Assembly (NCBI GenBank): GCA_963740355.1
Contig: CAVUDW010000002.1
Location: forward strand, 1,024,001-1,088,000
Reading direction: 5' to 3'
From: an uncultured Gemmatimonadaceae bacterium
GTDB lineage: Bacteria; Gemmatimonadota; Gemmatimonadetes; Gemmatimonadales; Gemmatimonadaceae
Length of the DNA stretch: 64,000 nt
A program made the translations under genes and the position numbers. A model generated the notes under the pieces. That model was not told where the DNA came from. It was given only the letters and a program-made list of their open reading frames with translations, and searched no databases. Each line of letters starts with the position of its first letter. Positions within the stretch are counted from its first letter, which is position 1. Shown here one piece after another: positions 8,785-18,897 of this stretch.

Positions 8785-10209
8785 TTATAGCATCGGCGAA
8801 AACAGCCGCGCCCCGCCTTCGAACAGCCGCTTCCAGATCGACCGATTCTCCAACGATGCCACCGTGATCTGCCGTGACTTCGTCAGGTCCTGCTCGAACA
8901 TGCGCGCTAGTTCATCGGCGAAATCGTTGCCGTAGCAGATGGCGAGCACTTCGAAGTTGAGGCGCAGGCTGCGGTTATCGACGTTCGCCGTGCCGACGAT
9001 GGCGGCATCGCGATCCACCACCATGGTCTTCGCATGCAACGCTGGCGGGCCATACCCGTGAATGAGCACACCTGCGGCGAGAAACTCGGGGAAGTAGCTG
9101 CGCGCGGCCGCGTCCACGACCGCATGGTCACTGGTGCCGGGTACCAGCACGCGTACGTCCACTCCGCGAAGCGCCGCCGCGATCAGGGCCGCCTGCAGCG
9201 ATTCATCCGGCACGAAATACGGTGTCGAGATCCAGACACGCTGCCGCGCCGTGGCGATGGCCGTGAAGTACACCGCGTGAATCGACTGCGGATGCGCATC
9301 AGGACCCGACGCGCACACCTGTACCAGTTTGTCGCCCTTGCCCGTCAGCGGTGGCAGATATGCCGCACCATCGAGCACGAGACCGGTGGCATACTGCCAA
9401 TCCTCGAGAAACGCGAGCGCCAGCGGCGCCACCGCATCGCCAACCAGTTTCACCTGCGTGTCACGCCAACCCTTCTCCACGCCCACCACCGACTCGTCGT
9501 GGCAGTCGTCGATGTTCATGCCGCCGGTGAATCCGGTCGTGCCGTCGCAGATCACGATCTTGCGATGGGTGCGGAAGTTCACGAATCCGGGCCGCATCTT
9601 CGGTCCGAACCGCGCAATCTCGACGCCGGCGTCGCGAAGCGGCTGCAAGTAGCCGCCCAGCCGCGACGTACCAAGTCCATCAAGCAGCAGGCGCACCTGT
9701 ACGCCGGCGTTTGCGCGCTCGATCAGTGCCGCACGAATGCGTTTCGCGACGACGCCGTCGTTCAGGATGTAGTACTCCAGATGAACATGATTCGTCGCGG
9801 CCGCTATCGACTCGATGATCGCGTCGTAGGCGTGACTGCCAAGATCGTAGAGCTGCACCTCGGTGGCGGGTAGCGGGGGCGATTGCTCCGTACCTGCAGC
9901 AACGGCCGCCAGTCGCGCGCCGGCGTGCCCGAGTGTGTCGGCAGCGGAATTCCGGTTCGGCGCAGCCCCTCCAGCCTTCGCGCGCTTTGCCGTGCGAGCC
10001 ATTACGCGACGGCGGCGCTTGCGATCAAGTCGGCGTGGTCCGAGAAAGTAGTACACCAGAAAGCCGAGCACCGGGAGATACGCAAGGCCGATGATCCACG
10101 CGAGTGTGGCCAGCGGCGGTCGGCGCTCGAGCATGATGTAGCCTGACATGGCGATCACCCACGCGACTTCGACCGCGATCACCCAAGCGGGGAGATGGAG
10201 TAAACTCAT
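8785..10209 (-). CDS. cls: Cardiolipin synthase
   Basis: Two N-terminal TM helices and two HKD motifs (HRKIVICD, HAKTMVVD), STPYFVPD. Confidence 0.92.
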   Translation of the reverse strand: MSLLHLPAWVIAVEVAWVIAMSGYIMLERRPPLATLAWIIGLAYLPVLGFLVYYFLGPRRLDRKRRRRVMARTAKRAKAGGAAPNRNSAADTLGHAGARLAAVAAGTEQSPPLPATEVQLYDLGSHAYDAIIESIAAATNHVHLEYYILNDGVVAKRIRAALIERANAGVQVRLLLDGLGTSRLGGYLQPLRDAGVEIARFGPKMRPGFVNFRTHRKIVICDGTTGFTGGMNIDDCHDESVVGVEKGWRDTQVKLVGDAVAPLALAFLEDWQYATGLVLDGAAYLPPLTGKGDKLVQVCASGPDAHPQSIHAVYFTAIATARQRVWISTPYFVPDESLQAALIAAALRGVDVRVLVPGTSDHAVVDAAARSYFPEFLAAGVLIHGYGPPALHAKTMVVDRDAAIVGTANVDNRSLRLNFEVLAICYGNDFADELARMFEQDLTKSRQITVASLENRSIWKRLFEGGARLFSPML

Positions 10210-11540
10210 GCCCCGAACTCCTGCACGGCCAGGTCCGGACGCAGTGTCTTCGCAAACTCCTCGGGATTGCGCTGGAACCAGCTCGAGAGCAGCAGCAGCT
10301 CGTCAATCTCGTGTGTCGGTACCTGTCGCGTCGGACGGTCCTTGGCGTTGAAGACTCGGCGACTCCACTCCGCAAACTCGAGTCTTTCGCGATGCGTCGT
10401 CGGCAACTTGAGATCGGCGCGCACGGTGCCGCGCTTCACGAGATAGATCCGGGTCTCATTTCGGTGCCCGACGACGGGGTAGGCAAACGTCAACGTCTCG
10501 ACGGCGAACCGCAGCTTCTCGAGCTGGATCCGCAACAACTCGAGCCGCTGCAACTTGTCACGCATCTGCGCCGCCCGCTCGAACTCGAGCGCATCACTAT
10601 GCGCCTGCATGCGCGCCTGCAAGTCATCCAGTGGTCCATCGCTGGTGCCGTCGAGGAAGGCGCGGGCGAGTGCCAGCTGCGCGCTGTAGCCGCGCTCCGT
10701 CACCGCCGCCACGCAGGGGCCGAGACACTTGCCGATCTCATGGCGGATACAGCCGGGCGTGCGTGGCGTCGCAACCACGGGCAGTTCTTCCTGATCCCGA
10801 AAATGCATCGGCACATCGTTGCCACAGTCGCGCAGGCCCAGTACGTCACTCAGCTCGCGCAGCGCATCGTTCACGCGTCCCGCGCTCAGGTACGGGCCGA
10901 AGTAGATGCCGCGTTCATCACCCGATGCATCACGCGTCACCATCAGCTTCGGGGCGAGGCCTGGCGTCAGCTTCACGAAGCAGTAGTGCCGCGCGTCACG
11001 TTTCATCATCCAGTTGTAGCGCGGACGCAGCTGCTTGATCAGCCGCAGTTCTCGCACCAACGCGGCAAATTCACTGGGCTGATACTCCCACTCGATCCGC
11101 GCCGCGCGCCAGAGAATCCGCGCCCCCTTGTCATGCGGCCACTCGGCGCGGAAATAGCTCATCAGGCGCGTGCGCAGCTGCTTCGACTTCCCCACGTACA
11201 ACACTTCGCCCTCGTTGCCGAGGAAGCGGTAGGTGCCGGGGCGATCCGAGGTGCCGGCTTTCACCAACTCGCGCAAGGCTTCGAGATCGGTGACGGGTTT
11301 CCGCTTACCCTTTCGCTTGCGGGCCGTGGCCGGACCATCACTGGTGTCGTCGAGCGAGATGTCGACGCTGACGCTCATGTCCGCTGGCGGCAGTTCCGAA
11401 CTGGCCGCGGCTCTCGCTGCCTCCAGCTCCGCCAGGGTCACGGCACGCTCGACACTGAGGCGCTCATCACTTCGACCACGCGCCGGGGCGACGCCAAAGA
11501 GCGCGAACAGGTCGCGCTGCGGATGCACCTGCGCACTCAT
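10206..11540 (-). CDS. GIY-YIG nuclease with Cys cluster and UVR domain (Cho/truncated UvrC-like)
   Basis: PGTYRF...LYVGKSKQLRTRLMSYF, E..LIKQLRPRYN, CIRHEIGKCLGPC, LEFERAAQMRD; start ATG 11540 overlaps the mutM stop. Confidence 0.85.
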   Translation of the reverse strand: MSAQVHPQRDLFALFGVAPARGRSDERLSVERAVTLAELEAARAAASSELPPADMSVSVDISLDDTSDGPATARKRKGKRKPVTDLEALRELVKAGTSDRPGTYRFLGNEGEVLYVGKSKQLRTRLMSYFRAEWPHDKGARILWRAARIEWEYQPSEFAALVRELRLIKQLRPRYNWMMKRDARHYCFVKLTPGLAPKLMVTRDASGDERGIYFGPYLSAGRVNDALRELSDVLGLRDCGNDVPMHFRDQEELPVVATPRTPGCIRHEIGKCLGPCVAAVTERGYSAQLALARAFLDGTSDGPLDDLQARMQAHSDALEFERAAQMRDKLQRLELLRIQLEKLRFAVETLTFAYPVVGHRNETRIYLVKRGTVRADLKLPTTHRERLEFAEWSRRVFNAKDRPTRQVPTHEIDELLLLSSWFQRNPEEFAKTLRPDLAVQEFGA

Positions 11541-12370
11541 CCCTGGCACCGCCAGCAGAACACCGTGGTGCGACCATCGATCGCACTGCTGTCCACCAGA
11601 GTGGTGCCACAGCGTCGGCACGGCTCACCACCGCGACCGTAGGCCTGCAAGTGGGGCACGAAGCCGCCCCGGCCGCCGCTGGCGTCCACGTAGTCGCGGA
11701 AGCTGGTGCCGCGGACCGCTATCGATGCCTGCAGCACCTCGCGCAGCGATGACAGCAGCGTCGCCGACTCGGCGTCGGTCAGCGAGGCGGCGGGTCGCGA
11801 CGGATCGACGCAGGCCATCCAGCAGGCCTCGTTTGCGTAGATGTTGCCGACTCCCGCCAGCACCTGCTGATCCATGAGCACCTTCTTGATGGCCTGCCGA
11901 GAGTTCCGAAGAGAACCCGAAAATCGCTCGGCGGTGAGCTCAGGGTCAAGCGGCTCGGGACCGAGCGGTCCGATGTAGCGGGCGAGTTCGGCGTTCGTGA
12001 ACAGTGCGACGGTGCCCAGCCGACGGATGTCGCGGTAGTGCAGTTGCCGGCCGTCGGCGAGCGAGACACTGAGTGTGATGTAGGTGCGATCGCGCGGCGA
12101 GATGTCTGCGGGCGCTGATTCCACCAACAGGGCGCCGGTGAATCGCGGCTGCACGACGATGGCGTCGGTGGAGTCGAGATCGAGGATGATCAGCTTGGCG
12201 CGGCGCCATGCGCGCGTGATGGTGGCGCCATGCAGTCGAGCTACGAACTCGTCGGAGGTGACGCTGCGAAGGACGTCGGAGCGCAGCACGATGGCGCCCG
12301 TGACACGCGATCCCGCCAACATCGCGTCGAGGTCACGCGCGATGGTTTCCGTTTCGGGAAGTTCAGGCAC
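11537..12370 (-). CDS. mutM: Formamidopyrimidine-DNA glycosylase
   Basis: MPELPETET start, LGPEPL, LAGVGNIYANE, C-terminal zinc finger CRRC...CWRCQ. Confidence 0.96.
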   Translation of the reverse strand: MPELPETETIARDLDAMLAGSRVTGAIVLRSDVLRSVTSDEFVARLHGATITRAWRRAKLIILDLDSTDAIVVQPRFTGALLVESAPADISPRDRTYITLSVSLADGRQLHYRDIRRLGTVALFTNAELARYIGPLGPEPLDPELTAERFSGSLRNSRQAIKKVLMDQQVLAGVGNIYANEACWMACVDPSRPAASLTDAESATLLSSLREVLQASIAVRGTSFRDYVDASGGRGGFVPHLQAYGRGGEPCRRCGTTLVDSSAIDGRTTVFCWRCQG

Positions 12371-13669
12371 CGCGGGCGAGCGCGCGCCAGCCGATGTCGC
12401 GGCGGAAGAAGGCGCCAGCGAACCGCACCTGGGACGCGATGGCGGTGCTGCGCTGCTGCGCGTGGGCGAGTGTGGTGCCGGCGGCCGTTGCCGTCAGCAC
12501 GCGGCCGCCACTGGAGACGAGCGCGGCGTCCTGCTGTCTGGTGCCGGCGTGAAAGAGCCACTCACCACCATCGATGGGTGGCAGCGTGATGCTGTCGCCA
12601 GACTGCGGCGTGGCCGGGTATCCGGCGGCGGCGATGACCGTCGTGACGACCGCCTGTGCAGGCGTGAAGACCGGCACTGGCGCGATTGTTTCGCCGCGCG
12701 CGATCTGCAGCATGACACGCACCACTGGCGCGTCGGCGGCGAGTGATGGAAGCACCGCCTGCGTCTCCGGATCCCCGAAGCGGCAGTTGAATTCCACCAC
12801 TCGCGGCCCGGTCGGCGTGAGCATCACACCGCAATAGAGCAATCCCCTGAATGGCGTCCCGCGCTCCCGCATCACGCGCAGCGTTGGCGCGACGATGATG
12901 TCGAGCACCTGCTGAATGCCCGGCGGCAAGCTGCCATCGCGCCAGGTGTAGCTCGGATCGCCGGCATCGGCGGGGCAATACGCACCCATGCCGCCGGTGT
13001 TCGGCCCGATGTCACCTTCGCCGACCCGCTTGTGATCCTGCGCCGCCGGTAGCGGCACCGCCGTCTCGCCATCGGTGAGCACGAACAGCGACAGCTCCTC
13101 GCCGGTCATGAACTCCTCGACCAGCACCTCCGCGCCCGCCGCGCCGAAGACGTTGTCCTCGAGCATCGAGCTGATGGCGTCGTCGGCTTCGTCGAGTGTC
13201 ATCGCGACGACGACCCCTTTACCCGCCGCGAGCCCGACGCCTTGATCACGACCGGAGCGCCGAACTCGCGTGCCGCGGCCTTGGCCGACGCGACGTCGGT
13301 AACCATCGAGGCGCGTGCTGTGGGCACGTTGGCCTCGCGCATGACAGCCTTGGCAAAGGCCTTCGATGTCTCGAGTTGCGCGGCAGCGGCGGTTGGCCCG
13401 AAGACCGCGATGCCGCGTGCGATGCAGGCATCCGCCAGGCCAGCGGCCAGAGGTGCCTCCGGTCCGACGATGATCGCGTCCACCGACTCACGTTCGGCCA
13501 GTGCGACCAGCGCATCGACATCGGCGACGCCCACAGGCACACAGGTCGCCAGCTGCGCGATCCCCGGATTGCCTGGCGCCGCGATGATGGTTGCATCGGG
13601 ATGTTCAAACTTGATGCGCCACGCCAGCGCATGTTCGCGGCCACCGCCGCCGACGAGCAGAAGCTTCAT
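12363..13669 (-). pseudogene. purD: Phosphoribosylamine--glycine ligase split by a 1-nt deletion near 13233-13235 (pseudogene or sequencing error)
   Basis: N-half MKLLLVGGGGREHALAW...VVIKASG; C-half ...GPNTGGMGAY...EFNCRFGDPETQ; adding one base restores KASGLAAGKGVVVAM. Confidence 0.85.
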
Positions 13670-13711
13670 GGTGCGGAATTTATCACCCCGCACCATTAGC
13701 CCGGCCTGCGA

Positions 13712-14680
13712 TCAGCTGCCGGCCTTGCGACGGAAGGCGTCAGCGGCGCGCGAGAAGGAATCGCCGACCTTGCCGAACGCCTCCTTCGCCTGCTGGCCGT
13801 AGTAGTCGGCGGCACCGCGCACATCGTCGGCGTACGTCTGCTGCGGGCCCGTACCATCCCGGCGCGGGTATTCGCCAGCGAGGATGCGGGCGTAGGCGCC
13901 AGACGCCACCCAGCGCTGCAGCTCGGCGGCGCGCACGGTATTGAACGGATGTTCGCGCAACGCGGTGTTGATCGCCTTCAGCAACGAGTCCCAGGCGCTC
14001 CCTTCACTCTCGTATTCCGCCGCCTGCTTGAGGAAGGCGTCGAGGTCGGCCTCGTTCGGATTGGTCGAACCGCCGGCGAGATGGAAGAAGGACATCATGG
14101 CGAGGTTCGTGTCCTGCACGGCCAGCAGCGCGGCCCGGTCGCAACTCAGCTCTGCCTTGCGGCTCCACTCCAGCAATGCCAGCTGAAACGGCATCAGCGC
14201 CAACCCGGCGAGGAACGGCAGTGCGCTGAACCCGACGTTGCTCACGATCACGGCAATCGTGCGATACGTCATGTGCCCGCTGGCGATATGCCCGACTTCG
14301 TGCGCGAGGATGAAGCGCACTTCGTCGTCGCTGAGCGCCGACACCGTACCGGTGTTGATGATGATGAACGGCCGTTCGAAGCCGATCGCGCCGGCATTCA
14401 CGAACGGCGTCTGCGTGACGTAGAGATCGGGGATCTCGTGGACGTCGAGCGCGGCGCAGACTTCGCGCAGCATCTGGTGGAGCTTGGGATGCTGCGTGAC
14501 CCCGGTGCGGACAGCGTTGGCGAGGAAGAGGTGCCGCAGTCCGCGCTCACCGAAAAAGCCGGCCACCTTGCGCATGATCTCGTCGAAGCCGGGAAGGGCC
14601 CGCAGCGTGTTGAGCGCCGCGCGGTCTGCAGGGTGCTCCCAGGCGGTGGAGGAGATCTGGGGCAGTGGGGTGACGGGCAT
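13712..14680 (-). CDS. M48-family zinc metallopeptidase
   Basis: NAGAIG, LAHEVGH, AELSCDRA, HP..R motifs; start ATG 14680. Confidence 0.88.
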   Translation of the reverse strand: MPVTPLPQISSTAWEHPADRAALNTLRALPGFDEIMRKVAGFFGERGLRHLFLANAVRTGVTQHPKLHQMLREVCAALDVHEIPDLYVTQTPFVNAGAIGFERPFIIINTGTVSALSDDEVRFILAHEVGHIASGHMTYRTIAVIVSNVGFSALPFLAGLALMPFQLALLEWSRKAELSCDRAALLAVQDTNLAMMSFFHLAGGSTNPNEADLDAFLKQAAEYESEGSAWDSLLKAINTALREHPFNTVRAAELQRWVASGAYARILAGEYPRRDGTGPQQTYADDVRGAADYYGQQAKEAFGKVGDSFSRAADAFRRKAGS

Positions 14681-14865
14681 GCGAACCTCGTGGCTCGGGA
14701 AGGGCGGAAGATTGGCCGGGTGTAACACGCAAACAGGCAGTGAAGACCGCCGCTGCCCCCTCCGAGACTCAGCAAGGCAAGGAACAGCCGGGCGTTTCCA
14801 CGGGCGGGCGAAGAGCCCTACGCGTGGACGCGCCCGCCAGTGTCAGTCAGGTGCGACGTCGCGGC

Positions 14866-16035
14866 TCACAGCCCGTGGAGCGCCTGCTCCAGGTCCCCCA
14901 GCAAGTCGTCAGCGTCCTCGACGCCGACGGACAACCGGACAAGCCCTTCCGTGATTCCCAACGCTGCCCGCCGATCCGGCTCCACCGACGCATGCGTCAT
15001 GCTGGCCGGATGACTGATCAGACTTTCGACCCCACCCAGGGACTCGGCAAGGCTGAAGAGTCGCACGCGATCGAGCATCGTCTTGACCCGTTCGCGCGTC
15101 CCCAGCTCGATCGAGATCATGCCGCCGAAGCCCGACATCTGTCGCGCCGCGAGCGCATGCTGCGGATGCGATTCAAGTCCCGCGTAGAGCACCCGCTCAT
15201 GATCCAGCCGGTCGGCCAGCCAGGCGCCGATGCGGCGCCCGTTGCTGTCGTGCGCCTTCATGCGGATGGCGAGGGTCTTGGTGCCACGCAGGCAGAGCCA
15301 GGCGTCGAACGGTCCCGGCACGGCGCCGGCCGCGTTGAGGATGAACTGCAGGCGCGTCGCGATCTCCTCGTTCGAGGTGACCGCGATACCGCCGATCATG
15401 TCGCTATGTCCGTTCAGGTACTTGGTGCTGGAATGCCAGACGATGTCCGCGCCCGTCTCGAGCGGACGCTGAAAGATCGGGGTGGCGAAGGTGTTGTCGA
15501 CGATCGTGAGCGCGCCGGCACGCTTGGCGATCTCGGCCGCGGCCGCGAGATCGGTCAGCCGCATGAGCGGGTTGGTCGGCGTTTCCAGCATCAGCGCGCG
15601 GGTCGCGGGCGTGATGGCGTCGGCGATCCGCTGCGGATCGCGCGTGTCGACGTACGTGAACGTGAGGCCGAACTGCTGCAGCAGCTTGTCGAAGAGACGA
15701 TACGTCCCGCCATACACATTCTCGCCGACGATGATGTGGTCGCCGGACTTGAAGAGCATCATGATGCTGGTCAGGCAGCCCATGCCACTGCCGAACGCGA
15801 ATCCATGCGTCGCACCCTCGAGCGCGGCGACGTTCCGTTCAAGCGCTTCTCGGGTCGGATTCTTTCCCCGAGCGTACTCGTAGCCGCGATGCACGCCAAA
15901 CTCTTCATGGACGTACGTGCTCGTGAGGTACAGGGGCGTCATGATCGCGCCGCTGACGGGGTCAGGTCGCTGGCCGGCGTGAATCGCGCGCGTGGACGGT
16001 CCGTCGCGCAGGTCGGTTTCGAAGATGCGGGTCAT
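14866..16035 (-). CDS. Cystathionine gamma-synthase/lyase family PLP enzyme
   Basis: YARGKNPTR, ETPTNP, VDNTFATP, HSSTKYLNGHSD (PLP lysine), SLGGVESL. Confidence 0.93.
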   Translation of the reverse strand: MTRIFETDLRDGPSTRAIHAGQRPDPVSGAIMTPLYLTSTYVHEEFGVHRGYEYARGKNPTREALERNVAALEGATHGFAFGSGMGCLTSIMMLFKSGDHIIVGENVYGGTYRLFDKLLQQFGLTFTYVDTRDPQRIADAITPATRALMLETPTNPLMRLTDLAAAAEIAKRAGALTIVDNTFATPIFQRPLETGADIVWHSSTKYLNGHSDMIGGIAVTSNEEIATRLQFILNAAGAVPGPFDAWLCLRGTKTLAIRMKAHDSNGRRIGAWLADRLDHERVLYAGLESHPQHALAARQMSGFGGMISIELGTRERVKTMLDRVRLFSLAESLGGVESLISHPASMTHASVEPDRRAALGITEGLVRLSVGVEDADDLLGDLEQALHGL

Positions 16036-16109
16036 CGGAGTCGGGAAAGTGTTGACGGGAATCGTAACGGCCGGTCCGACTCGTCGCACGATGGCCCATG
16101 GGACGCCGC

Positions 16110-17213
16110 ATGAGCGCCATCCTGGCACAGGACTTCTCGGCGACTGCCGGCCTCGATCCCTTCTCCACGGCCAGCATCCCGCGCTGCCTGGTGGTCGACG
16201 ACGAGCCCCGACTGCGCCAGATCCTGGTGCGTGTGATGCGCGCCGACGGATTCATCGTGGACGAGGCGAGCAATGGCTATGAGGCGGTGGCGCAGATGGA
16301 GGCGCACCCGTCCACGCTGATCCTTACCGACATCGAGATGCCGAAGATGGATGGCTTTTCGCTGCTCCGCGAACTGCGGTCGCGCTGGCCCGACGCGGCG
16401 GTGATGATGATCAGCGGCAATGGCGACGTGCAAACGGCCGTCAGCTGCCTTTCGGTCGGCGCCCTCGACTACCTCACCAAGCCGTTCCACCTCGAAGAAG
16501 TCCGCGCCCGCATCACCTCGGTGCTCGAACGTCGTCGCCTCGTGCTCGAGAACCGCGAGTACCAGACGCGCCTCGAACAGAAAGTGCAGGCGCAGGCCCG
16601 TCGCATCGAACAGCAGTTCCTTGGCGGCGTGCAGGCGCTGGCCGAAGCACTGGAAGCGAAGGACCCCTACACACACGGCCACAGTGTGCGCGTCAGCCAG
16701 TACGCCACGGCCATCGCACGTCAGCTCGGCCTGCCGCAAAACGTGATTCGCGCCGTCACGCTCGGCGGACGACTGCACGACATCGGCAAGATCGGCGTGC
16801 GCGAGGAGATCCTCACCAAGCCGGCGCGCCTCTCACCGGAAGAGTACGCACACGTCATGACGCACCCCATCGTGGGGTGGCGTATCCTGTCCGCGATGGT
16901 GATCGATCAGCCGGAGCTCCTCAACATCGTGCGCTCGCACCACGAGCGGATCGACGGTGCCGGCCTGCCTGATGGGCTGATGGGTGACGACATCCCGCTC
17001 GAGGCCCGCATCGTATCGGTCGCCGACAGCTTCGACGCCATGACCAGCGGCCGGCGTTACCGTGATGACGGCGGGAAGATGCTGCCCGATGCGCTGAACG
17101 AATTGCGTCGCTGTGCCGGCACACAGTTTGACACAGACTGTGTCAATGCGTTTCTCCAGGCGATCGACAGCGGCGATGTGTCGGTCCTTCCGCGCACCGA
17201 CCTGCCGCCCTGA
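16110..17213 (+). CDS. Response regulator with HD-GYP phosphodiesterase domain
   Basis: REC domain (VVDDE, TDIEMP, KPF) plus KDPYTHGHS, LHDIGK, HHERIDGAGLPDGL, ADSFDAMTS; start 16098 or 16110. Confidence 0.92.
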   Translation: MSAILAQDFSATAGLDPFSTASIPRCLVVDDEPRLRQILVRVMRADGFIVDEASNGYEAVAQMEAHPSTLILTDIEMPKMDGFSLLRELRSRWPDAAVMMISGNGDVQTAVSCLSVGALDYLTKPFHLEEVRARITSVLERRRLVLENREYQTRLEQKVQAQARRIEQQFLGGVQALAEALEAKDPYTHGHSVRVSQYATAIARQLGLPQNVIRAVTLGGRLHDIGKIGVREEILTKPARLSPEEYAHVMTHPIVGWRILSAMVIDQPELLNIVRSHHERIDGAGLPDGLMGDDIPLEARIVSVADSFDAMTSGRRYRDDGGKMLPDALNELRRCAGTQFDTDCVNAFLQAIDSGDVSVLPRTDLPP

Positions 17214-17234
17214 TCGCGCGGCAGGCCACGGTCG

Positions 17235-18665
17235 TCAGGCAACGATCTTGATGTGGTTCGGCTGCTTGTACGACGCGAGGTTCGCGTCGCACCACGCCTT
17301 CACGCCCGCCTCGTCGACCGTGCCGTGCACCGTCACCTCGATCTCGTTTTCCTTCGTCGGTTCGGGCAGTCCGCTGACCTCGACATGGGTCACCCCCGGC
17401 ATCGCGCCGATCACGCGAATCAGCTCGGCGGGATAGATGTTGAAGCCGTTGCGTGTGAACATCGGCTTGATCAGCCCCTCGAACGTGACATAGCCATCGC
17501 CGTCGATGCTGCCCTGGTCGCCGGTATGCAGCCAGCCGTCCACGCGCCGTAGCCCACGTTCATTGCCCGACACGTAGCCTGGTCCCACCAGTGCGCCACG
17601 CACACAGATCTCGCCGCTGGTCCCGACCGGCAGTTCCACACTGGTGTTCGGGTTGCGGATCGTCACCTCGGCGCCTGGATAGGCAGTGCCAAGCGTCCCG
17701 ACGCGATTCGGCGCGTCGACGCGGTTGAAGAGGCAGACCGGCGAGGCTTCGGTCAGGCCATAACCCTGCCGCAGGGCGCATCCAGTGGCCGTCTCCCACT
17801 TACGCTGTACCCATACCGGCAATGCTGCGCCGCCGCAGATGCAGACGCGCAACCCAGGCACATCGATCGTGCCGCCGCGTCGTTCGATGGCGGTCAGCAT
17901 GCCAATGAATACCGCCGGTACACCTACGAACACGGTGATGGCGCCATCGACGAGTGCGTCGACGGCCTTCATCGGATTGAAGCGCGACATCGTGGTCACA
18001 CGTGCGCCGGCCAACAGTGGAGCGGTGAGCGTGACGGTCATGCCGAAGAGGTGGCTATACGGCAGCACGGCCAACACGTGATCCGCAGCGGTCATGCCCG
18101 CCGCCTGAATCGTGGCGCGGCCGTTGTCGATCAGCCCGTGATGCGTGAGGATCGCGCCGAGCGCGCTGCCTTCCATCGCCGAGGTGTAGACCACTGCCGC
18201 TTCGTCATCGCTGCCATCGACGTCTTCATCACCTTCGAGCTCGAGCCCGATGTGTGATCCAAGGTCGATGGTACTGAGCGCGCCACCGATCAACACAGCC
18301 GCATGCGCCGGCGCGTCATCGAGCAGCACCTGCGGGATGGATGTCGGGAGTTTCTTCGCCAGCGCCGCGATCGTGAATACGGCACCGACGTTGGCGTCCT
18401 CGAGCTGATAGGCGAGCTCCGATGGGGCTGCCAGCGGATTCAGCAGCACGCCGCCGCGGCCGTCGCTCGCCGCCAGTGCCGTCAGGAACTGTGGCGATGT
18501 GGGAAGCAGGATCCCGGCACGTTTGCCGTAGAGTGCGCGCGCAATTGGCGCGCTCCGCTGCAAAAGCGTCAGCCCGGCCGCAACGAGTTGCGCCGCGGGC
18601 ATGTCGTCGAGCGAGCCACCGTGCGCGGCCATGGCGAGCGGTAGCACGCCCAGTGGATTGCTCAT
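17235..18665 (-). CDS. Adenylate-forming (acyl-CoA ligase-like) protein with degenerate P-loop
   Basis: LPYSHLFG, QGYGLTEASP, GEICVRG, WLHTGD, YKQP motifs; P-loop reads YTSAMEGSALG. Confidence 0.85.
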   Translation of the reverse strand: MSNPLGVLPLAMAAHGGSLDDMPAAQLVAAGLTLLQRSAPIARALYGKRAGILLPTSPQFLTALAASDGRGGVLLNPLAAPSELAYQLEDANVGAVFTIAALAKKLPTSIPQVLLDDAPAHAAVLIGGALSTIDLGSHIGLELEGDEDVDGSDDEAAVVYTSAMEGSALGAILTHHGLIDNGRATIQAAGMTAADHVLAVLPYSHLFGMTVTLTAPLLAGARVTTMSRFNPMKAVDALVDGAITVFVGVPAVFIGMLTAIERRGGTIDVPGLRVCICGGAALPVWVQRKWETATGCALRQGYGLTEASPVCLFNRVDAPNRVGTLGTAYPGAEVTIRNPNTSVELPVGTSGEICVRGALVGPGYVSGNERGLRRVDGWLHTGDQGSIDGDGYVTFEGLIKPMFTRNGFNIYPAELIRVIGAMPGVTHVEVSGLPEPTKENEIEVTVHGTVDEAGVKAWCDANLASYKQPNHIKIVA

Positions 18666-18897
18666 GCGTCGATTCCCGGCGAAGTTTCAGGTCTTATAGC
18701 AAACGTCCTATCTCAATCGTCGGCGCGGAACGTAGTCCGGATCCGTGACGGGTCACAGCGCAGGGGCGTCTCCGAACGCGCCAACCTCCAACGAGCGGGC
18801 TCGCCCACGCGAGTCTCCTCGTTTCGACGCTGGCTTGCACCGCGACACCCGACGGACGCCTCACGAGCGTCCGGATACACCCACCCAATCGCACTCC

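Noticed and set aside
13199..13260. Programmed frameshift in purD
   Set aside because: No slippery heptamer at the break, which falls in a conserved motif; a simple indel explains it
14791..14836. Imperfect hairpin between the transsulfuration gene and the M48 peptidase
   Set aside because: Several mismatches, no T-tract and no second copy seen
16036..16109. SAM riboswitch upstream of the transsulfuration gene
   Set aside because: Gap is too short and has no SAM-I/II consensus
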